Part shown: positions 57,183 to 64,000 of the stretch, piece after piece
Layout of the letters: every line of letters starts with the position of its first letter
Position numbering within the stretch: the first letter of the stretch is position 1
The notes under the pieces: model-generated
Told to the model about the DNA's origin: nothing
The model's database searches: none
What the model saw: only the letters and a program-made list of their open reading frames with translations
Translations under genes and position numbers: made by a program
Assembly (NCBI GenBank): GCA_965242925.1
Contig: CBDEUM010000034.1
Span: forward strand, 160,001 to 224,000
Direction of reading: 5' to 3'
Source: Roseibacillus sp.
GTDB lineage: Bacteria; Verrucomicrobiota; Verrucomicrobiia; Verrucomicrobiales; Akkermansiaceae
DNA length: 64,000 nucleotides

Positions 57183-59288
57183 ATGACACACCTGCGATGC
57201 TTCGCTTGTGGCCTTCTTGCTGCAATGGCGACCCTGTTACTGTCCCCTTCGGTTGGGGCGCAGGCACCTCCGCTGGGGAAATTCAAACCCTCGGACGTCT
57301 ACTTTCAGGCGTGGCTCACCGTGCGCGACGCCGAGAAAGCGGAGAAGGACGGCAAGTTCCTTGAAGCCTTCAACCGCTACGACAAGGCCAGGCAACTGTT
57401 TGAATCGGTGGCTCTCTCCGACCCCGAATTCAAGCCTGATCTCGTCAAGACCCGGCGGGAATCTACCACTCAGGCCATGTCCGCGATCCGCGAAAAGGCC
57501 CTCGGCGAGCGAAACAGGCTCGCCCAGCGCACGGGAGATCTGGTTGAGGGGAAAACTGTTCACCGCGGGGAAGGAGACCTCAATATCCCGCAACTCAGCC
57601 GGGAGGATCAGAGCAAGGTAACGGCCCTCCAGCGGCAGATCGAGCGATATCGAGGCGAACTCCGGAAGGTCCGCTCTGACCGCGACGCCAATGCCGTAAG
57701 CCTGCGGGAGACGCTTCGGCAGTTGGAACAGGAGCGCGACAGGGTGGCCCGGGCTCCGGTATCCAACCAACTCCAGGATCTCAACCGGCGGATCAGGAAG
57801 GTGGAGGAGGAGCGCGATACCATGTTCAAGGCCCTACGGGACAGCCGAACCGCGCATCAGGAGGTGCTCTCTCAGCTAGCGGTGGCCAAGGCCGATGCTT
57901 CCGCCGCCCAAAAACGGGCAACTGACCTCGAGGAGGTGGTAAATGTCCAGCAATCCGCAGCCAGAGAAGTTGTGGAAGGACTGCGTCGCCAACTCAAGGA
58001 ACTGAAGGTCTCACTGGTGGAGAAGGACCGGAAGTATATCGCCCTAGAGACTCGTAATGCCCAACTCGACAGGCAACTGGGGGAGGCTCGGGCAGAAGTT
58101 CATGAGCTCCGGGATGAACGCAACGCTCTTCTCGTTCAACGCGATCAGATGGCAGCCCTTCTCAAACTCAACGAAAGCGAGCGCGTTCAACTCCTGATCA
58201 AACAGAACATGGACCTCGGCCGGGATCTCAAGACCGCCCGTGACCGCCTCAAGACCCTTCACACCGACAACAACGCGACCAAGGATCAGCTGATCGAAGC
58301 CAAGAGGGACCTCGCTCAGGCCAAGGGACGCCTGATTGATTTTCAGCGTGAGAACGCTTCGCAGAAAAACCGTCTGGAGGAAATGGAGGACCGCATTCGA
58401 GACGCCGGCACAGAGCTCAAGGAGGACCTCCGGTCTACAAAGCTCGATGCCGGATCCCGCAAGGAAATGGAGATGCTGCAGGATATCATCTCGCGCCAGC
58501 TGCGAATCCAGGAACACCGCCGCAGTGCCAAGGAGTCCATCATGACCGAAATCAGGAAGATAGGACAACAGGGTGGCCCTCTGGTCCGGAATATTCAGGG
58601 GCTCTTCGACCAGGAATTGAAACTCACCGCGGAAGAGAGCCGTCTCCTTGCCGAATTCAAGATTGACGACGACTTCATCTTCGATGACCGGCCCGAGCAG
58701 CATGAAGTGGCCAATGCGGACAGAAGCCTCCAGCAGAGCATCACCCTCAAGGATCAGCTTGCCCGGCGGGCCTTCTCCAATGGCCGCTTCCTCGCCGCCC
58801 GCGAGGTTTTCGAGTCCATCCTCGATCAGCACCCAGGGCACGTTGAAACCATGCTCAATCTCGGGGTCGTGCATGTGAAGAACGAAGATATCCCTCTCGC
58901 CATTTCCTCCTTCAACGACGCCCTCGTCATTCGGGGCGACAACCTTCCCTTTGCTCACTTCATGCTGGGGGTTTGTCACTACCGGGTCGCCGACCTCCCG
59001 AACTCCAGGCTGAGCCTGCAGCGTGCCGTGGATCTCGACAACGACAACGCCAAGGCATATGTCTTCCTCGGCAACGTGGCAGGGCGTGAGGAGCACGATG
59101 AAGAGGCAGAGACCCACTTCAAGACTGCCATCCAGATTGACCCCACCCTCTCAGATCCCTACTACAACCTTGCCGTCATCTACCTTCGCAAGGGGATGAA
59201 GGAGGAAGCGCTGCAGTTCTACCAGGAGGCCCTCAAACGCGGAGCCGATCCCAATCTGGAGTTTGAAGCCAGCCTGGCCTTGGGCTAG
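57183..59288 (+). CDS. exported coiled-coil protein with C-terminal TPR repeats
   Basis: Signal peptide, long heptad region, TPR units (NLGVVH, AHFMLG, AYVFLG, PYYNLA). Confidence 0.85.
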   Translation: MTHLRCFACGLLAAMATLLLSPSVGAQAPPLGKFKPSDVYFQAWLTVRDAEKAEKDGKFLEAFNRYDKARQLFESVALSDPEFKPDLVKTRRESTTQAMSAIREKALGERNRLAQRTGDLVEGKTVHRGEGDLNIPQLSREDQSKVTALQRQIERYRGELRKVRSDRDANAVSLRETLRQLEQERDRVARAPVSNQLQDLNRRIRKVEEERDTMFKALRDSRTAHQEVLSQLAVAKADASAAQKRATDLEEVVNVQQSAAREVVEGLRRQLKELKVSLVEKDRKYIALETRNAQLDRQLGEARAEVHELRDERNALLVQRDQMAALLKLNESERVQLLIKQNMDLGRDLKTARDRLKTLHTDNNATKDQLIEAKRDLAQAKGRLIDFQRENASQKNRLEEMEDRIRDAGTELKEDLRSTKLDAGSRKEMEMLQDIISRQLRIQEHRRSAKESIMTEIRKIGQQGGPLVRNIQGLFDQELKLTAEESRLLAEFKIDDDFIFDDRPEQHEVANADRSLQQSITLKDQLARRAFSNGRFLAAREVFESILDQHPGHVETMLNLGVVHVKNEDIPLAISSFNDALVIRGDNLPFAHFMLGVCHYRVADLPNSRLSLQRAVDLDNDNAKAYVFLGNVAGREEHDEEAETHFKTAIQIDPTLSDPYYNLAVIYLRKGMKEEALQFYQEALKRGADPNLEFEASLALG

Positions 59289-59412
59289 TCCGCTCACAAG
59301 CCTGTCCTCAGGCGGATCAATGAAGAAGTGGCAGCCGGCTTCCTGACTGGACCCTTTTAATCCCGGGCCATCTCCCCGCCTGGACCCAGCAAGTTGACGG
59401 ACCGGGACCCAC

Positions 59413-62400
59413 CTACTGGTCCTGCACCACGATCTTCATCTCGTCCGAGTTGCCTCGTAATTCCGGCGCATACATTCCCTCCGCCCGGGTCGGGAGGGCG
59501 CTGAAACTGCCGGGGATCTCGGCACGTAGCCGGTAGCTGAGATTATGACGTCCCCGGGGCAGACTCCTCACGAAGAGGGCGACCTTCTCATCGCGATACT
59601 CCACGAAGGAGCTCAATCCCCCTCCATAACTGTGACCGCTGCGTAGTTCTACTGCCTCGAGCCCCGCGGCCTTCCAGTCTTCAAAGACAAGATAACTGTA
59701 GTCATTCTTGCTCTCCACTGACAACTCGACCTCGATGAGATCTCCGCTCCGAACGGTGTCACCCACCTCCAACCTCTTCCGCTCGTACTTTTCCCGGCGC
59801 TGCCTGAGAGCCTGCCCCCTCGAGCCTGCCACATCTTCAACTGCCTTGACGGGCACGAGCTTATAGAGGGTGCGGTCCACCTTCACTTCAAGGCCGGCCT
59901 TGCGGAGAAACTTCTCCTTGCTGAAGACCGTCAGGTAAACATTTGCATAAAGGGGGCCCTCGCCCTTGCGGCGGAGTTCCACCTTGTGCCTGCCCGTACC
60001 CACGGCATCTCCCGCCACCACGGCCACCCCGTCAAAACTGAAAAGGTTCTCCTTCGAGATCTTCACTGTCTTGATTACCTTCCCGTCGAGAACGACTTCC
60101 ACCTCCATGTCGGGGTTGTCCTCCTTGCTGGCCCGCAGGTAATCCGCAATACTCTCGATGCAGTAGGCCGTGTCGCGCGTGGACTTCCAGTAGGTGGCGT
60201 GCCTGCGGTTGTTGACGAGATACTTGACCAGGCCGCTTGCCTGCGGACTCCGGGGCTTCGCCGCTGCCAGCAACTTGAGATACCAGGCGTGCGCTTCAAA
60301 CTCGCTGCCGTACCAATACCACCAGTAACCCCCGTTCCCGAGCTCCAGCCAGGCCGTCTGGTTCTCCTCATCAATCTTCAGGAACTGCTCAATGTTGCGG
60401 ATGACGGCATCCCGCTTCGCAGCATCTCCAGTTCGGTGCAGTTCCAACCCAAGAAGGCACTTGCCATAGACCGGCAACTCAACCTTGTCCCTGAAGAGGA
60501 AGCCCAGCATCTCTTCGTGATTCACTGCCGATTCACCCAGAACCCGGCGCACCAGGGCGTCTACCGCATCGGCTCGCTGCTTGGTCCGCTTCTTGCGTTT
60601 CTTCCACATCCGGATCATCTCCGCCTGACCTGACTCGTGCTTCTTGAGCCACGCTACTCCCCGCTGAAGTATGTCGTCCGGGACCCCTGCCCCGTTTGCC
60701 TTCGCCACCGTCAATCCATGGACCACCACGGCTGTGGTATGCGGATAGGACCGTTCCCCATAGGCATTGAACCAGCCCCAGCCCCCATCCCTGTTCTGCA
60801 TCTCCCTCAAGCGCTTCACCCCCTTGCGCACCATCCGGTCCACCTCGTCCTTGTCCCAGACCGGATTATCCTTCCACTGTTTCCACTGCGCCGCCCGCAC
60901 AACGGCATCACCGATCTCCTGGGGATTCAGGTTCACCCTCTTGTTCTTCACCTCATTGAGATCAATCTTCATGTCCTGCAACAACCGTTGCGTAATGACC
61001 GCTGGCACGAATCGGTTGAGCGTCTGCTCAGTACAGCCATAGGGATAATTCGCGAGATAGGGCAGCGCATCGACCATGGCGCCTGCCACCGTAGGCGAAT
61101 AGCGGATTTCGAGTCGGGTCTGGTCAGGTTGACGCTCCGCGGGCACCTCAAAATCAATCGCCACCGAATCCTCCTCCGGCCGCAGGGCCCGGCTCCAGGA
61201 TTCCGTGCGGCGCATCCCGTGCACGTAGACAGGAAAACTCATTTCCATGGCGTCCGAGTCATCGCTCGCAATCGCCTTCATCCGCACCGTCACCTCCCCT
61301 TCCCTCTTCGCTATCGTTCTCCAGTCCACCCGCTTCTCTCCCCCGGCCGGGATCACCACCCGTGACGACTGTGGGCCCGAAGTCTGCAGGGTCCCTCCAT
61401 CAAGCTCGAGCACCACGTCAACCTCCTTGGCCTCTTCATGATAATTATGCACCACCGCACTGAGCACCACTTCGTCGCTTTCCACGAAGAAGCGGGGTGC
61501 CTGCAACCGGACGATAAGATCCTTGCTCGTGATCACCTCCGCTGACCCCTCCCCAACCCGGGTCCCGTGCCCCAGCGCCCAGGTCTTCACCTTCCACGTG
61601 GTCAGGTTGTCAGGATACTCCACCTCGATTTCAGCCTCCCCCCGCTCATTGGTCGTTACCGTTCCCGCCCACTTCACCAGGTCGGCGAACTCCGAACGCA
61701 CTATCACCTGCGGGCCATCACCTTCACCTCCATCGCCACCTCGCCGGCTGCGATTGCCCAGGCCCTCCACCGGTGCAGAAGGCGCCCCCAGATTGTCGGC
61801 CGCCGCAAAAGGTGCTGCCTCGGCCACATCCGAACTTTCCGCCACACTCTCGTCTGAGGAAAACCTCAGGGACCTCCTCTTCTCAAGGACACCCCCCGGG
61901 GCCCCAAACGGGTCCATCTGATCTGCCACCAATCGCCCAAAACGCCCGAGGATCTGCATCGTGACAGCCTTGGCCTTGCTGAGATGGCGGCCTTGGAAAT
62001 GCTGCGAGTGCAGTGCTCCCTGCCCATGAAAGGAACGCTTCCAGCTCCAGAAAAAGTCCCTGATATTCCCCACATTGGATCCTCCCGAGATGGCCTCCAG
62101 ACTCTTGTCATATACCGTGACCACCGTGGTCCCCCGGTATGGTTCGCCGTTCTCGTCCTTCAGGCGCAGTTTCAAAGTCCCCTTCTCCCGCGGTTTGAAC
62201 TTCTCCTTACCAGGCAGAACCTCAACGGTAAGGAGACGCTTCGCCGGGGGCAGGACGATCTGCCGCGTTTCGGTCAACACCACTCCATTGGCAAGAGCAA
62301 CCGCATGCACAAAAATGTTCGGCATGTCCTCACGGGTCAACTTCACTGTAACCTCCTTCGATTTCCCCTTGATCCGGATCCTCCGCACTTCGTCGGCTGA

Positions 62401-64000
62401 AATTCCGGTGCTGCGAACGAAGAGCAGCACCGTGCTGTTCTTCTGCTTCGTGTTGATCAGGAGCCTGACCTCTTCTCCCGGCTTGTAATCCTTCTTGTCC
62501 AGAACCAGTTCAAGCGGGTTGAACCGGCTCTTACTGCCATCATCCTCCACGTTGCGAATGTTGAAGACGGTGGCACCCTCCTCCTTGTTGCCCTTTTCAT
62601 CGGTCAAGCGAACTGAAAAACGATACTGGCCCGGCTCCGGCCCCTTGAAACGGATCTCTCCCGAGCCTTTCTCCCGTTCCTCCAGCTTGAAAGACCGGAC
62701 CTTTTCCTCCTGCACCTTGCCGGCGGCATCCAGCCCTACCCGGAAGAGTTCGGCAGTTCCCGTCACCTGCACCGGTCTTCCGTCAAGTGTACGTGCAGAG
62801 AAGGAGGCATTCAGGGTCTCCCCGGGACGGGCGTAGCCACGATTCATCCACACCGTGGCAGCGTAGGACCTGCGGGCGGCCAGAACGCTGCCGGAACCGT
62901 AAATCGTCCGCCGCGAGGAATCCACCACCTCCGCCGAGATGGCATAACGGTGATCCATGTCCCCATGCACGAGTTTGGCAACCGAGGTGTCGATCGACAC
63001 CGTCACCGTCCCCTCTGCCCCGATCTCAAACTCACGATCCATCACCAGTTCGGGAGGCGTCCAGCGCTCCCCCCGCCACCATGGCGGCACCGGGGCGACA
63101 CATCCCCAATTATCCCAGCCCGGATACCAGTGATAATCCTGCCCGAACCACCAGTAACCCTCTCCGTAGAGCCAGTCCCAACGCCCCCGCGGAAACCAGG
63201 ACTGACTGTGACTGAAACGCTGCACCTTCACCTTCACCTTGCCCTCGGTCACCGGAGCCCCGTGATAGTATCTTGCCAGCACCTTGGCCTCGATTATCTC
63301 GCCGAGTCGGATCGGTTTATCCGGGGCTTCGACGATCACTTCGAATTCCGGCTTCTTGTATTCCTCGACGCGGAACCTGACCGCCCCATTCGGGACCTCC
63401 CCCGTGATGCGCACATTATAGCTCCCCAGCCGGGCATCCGGGGGAAGGGTCCACTCCACCTCCACTCCGCCAAACTCGTCGGTGCGAAGCTTCTTGAACT
63501 CCTGCACCTTGCCCGTGTTCTGGTGATGAATCTCAATCAAGCACTCCCGATTTGCAAAGAGAGAGACGTCATCCAGATCATATCTGGCAGTCCGGCTCCA
63601 GAATTTCAGATGCACCTTCTGCTCGGGGCGATAGACAGGCCGATCGGTAATTCCGTAGGTTTTTGAATGGTTGAGCTTGTTCCAGTTGAAGTCATGCCAT
63701 CGGTAGTACTGGAACCCCATCAGCGCCCGTCCTCCGCCCACACTGCGACCCACGACCATCCAGTGGTAATTCTGATCCAGGATCTCTCTTCCGAGGATGA
63801 TCGACCCGTCTGCTCCGATCTTCTTCTTCAGCCTCTTGGTCTTGACGTCGAACTTTCTGAAGGCTTTGCCTATGCCCTTGCGGGGTTCCACGCGATATCC
63901 GAAGAGCTCCAGTTCCCCGCTCAGCGGCGCACCGGCCTTGCTTTCCGAAAGGTAGAACAACTTGCCCTCTCTGAGTTGCTGGGAAACGAGCGCGGTATCG
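59413..64000 (-). CDS. bacterial alpha-2-macroglobulin (5' end beyond window)
   Basis: TDRPVYRP, FRVEEYKKPEFEV, PDNLTTW, thioester YPYGCTEQ (CTEQ at 61024-61035), QNRDGGWGW, AEGMYAPE; frame stays open to the window end. Confidence 0.95.
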   Translation of the reverse strand, partial: DTALVSQQLREGKLFYLSESKAGAPLSGELELFGYRVEPRKGIGKAFRKFDVKTKRLKKKIGADGSIILGREILDQNYHWMVVGRSVGGGRALMGFQYYRWHDFNWNKLNHSKTYGITDRPVYRPEQKVHLKFWSRTARYDLDDVSLFANRECLIEIHHQNTGKVQEFKKLRTDEFGGVEVEWTLPPDARLGSYNVRITGEVPNGAVRFRVEEYKKPEFEVIVEAPDKPIRLGEIIEAKVLARYYHGAPVTEGKVKVKVQRFSHSQSWFPRGRWDWLYGEGYWWFGQDYHWYPGWDNWGCVAPVPPWWRGERWTPPELVMDREFEIGAEGTVTVSIDTSVAKLVHGDMDHRYAISAEVVDSSRRTIYGSGSVLAARRSYAATVWMNRGYARPGETLNASFSARTLDGRPVQVTGTAELFRVGLDAAGKVQEEKVRSFKLEEREKGSGEIRFKGPEPGQYRFSVRLTDEKGNKEEGATVFNIRNVEDDGSKSRFNPLELVLDKKDYKPGEEVRLLINTKQKNSTVLLFVRSTGISADEVRRIRIKGKSKEVTVKLTREDMPNIFVHAVALANGVVLTETRQIVLPPAKRLLTVEVLPGKEKFKPREKGTLKLRLKDENGEPYRGTTVVTVYDKSLEAISGGSNVGNIRDFFWSWKRSFHGQGALHSQHFQGRHLSKAKAVTMQILGRFGRLVADQMDPFGAPGGVLEKRRSLRFSSDESVAESSDVAEAAPFAAADNLGAPSAPVEGLGNRSRRGGDGGEGDGPQVIVRSEFADLVKWAGTVTTNERGEAEIEVEYPDNLTTWKVKTWALGHGTRVGEGSAEVITSKDLIVRLQAPRFFVESDEVVLSAVVHNYHEEAKEVDVVLELDGGTLQTSGPQSSRVVIPAGGEKRVDWRTIAKREGEVTVRMKAIASDDSDAMEMSFPVYVHGMRRTESWSRALRPEEDSVAIDFEVPAERQPDQTRLEIRYSPTVAGAMVDALPYLANYPYGCTEQTLNRFVPAVITQRLLQDMKIDLNEVKNKRVNLNPQEIGDAVVRAAQWKQWKDNPVWDKDEVDRMVRKGVKRLREMQNRDGGWGWFNAYGERSYPHTTAVVVHGLTVAKANGAGVPDDILQRGVAWLKKHESGQAEMIRMWKKRKKRTKQRADAVDALVRRVLGESAVNHEEMLGFLFRDKVELPVYGKCLLGLELHRTGDAAKRDAVIRNIEQFLKIDEENQTAWLELGNGGYWWYWYGSEFEAHAWYLKLLAAAKPRSPQASGLVKYLVNNRRHATYWKSTRDTAYCIESIADYLRASKEDNPDMEVEVVLDGKVIKTVKISKENLFSFDGVAVVAGDAVGTGRHKVELRRKGEGPLYANVYLTVFSKEKFLRKAGLEVKVDRTLYKLVPVKAVEDVAGSRGQALRQRREKYERKRLEVGDTVRSGDLIEVELSVESKNDYSYLVFEDWKAAGLEAVELRSGHSYGGGLSSFVEYRDEKVALFVRSLPRGRHNLSYRLRAEIPGSFSALPTRAEGMYAPELRGNSDEMKIVVQDQ

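Overview
Mostly a housekeeping region of a GC-rich bacterial chromosome, probably Verrucomicrobiota (inferred from the PTPDL-like, SHD1-WG and LTD-CotH proteins and typical C-terminal modules). It holds about 52 CDS and one tRNA-Gln(TTG). Contents include a 2-oxoacid dehydrogenase E1a/E1b/E2 cluster, parA-mreBCD-mrdA-rng, trpD, rodA, mdh-thiG, yebC-rho, prfA-prmC-murA, ftsH, hisBH, dnaA-dnaN, kdsB-pyrG-nagZ, gpmI, dnaX, polX and a partial alpha-2-macroglobulin. I saw no CRISPR array, integrase or transposase. Main findings: (1) a MoeB/ThiF-rhodanese gene whose conserved active-site Cys codon is an in-frame TGA followed by a SECIS-like hairpin, a probable selenoprotein near thiG. (2) An orphan ParA paired with an uncharacterised protein carrying a Roadblock/MglB-like domain, a candidate positioning system. 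(3) A cluster of tandem DnaA boxes downstream of rho, 20 kb from dnaA. (4) A one-base frameshift in the ftsH tail and an apparently duplicated FtsH periplasmic domain. (5) Repeated leaderless or short-leader promoter architecture. All calls were made by eye; no searches were run.
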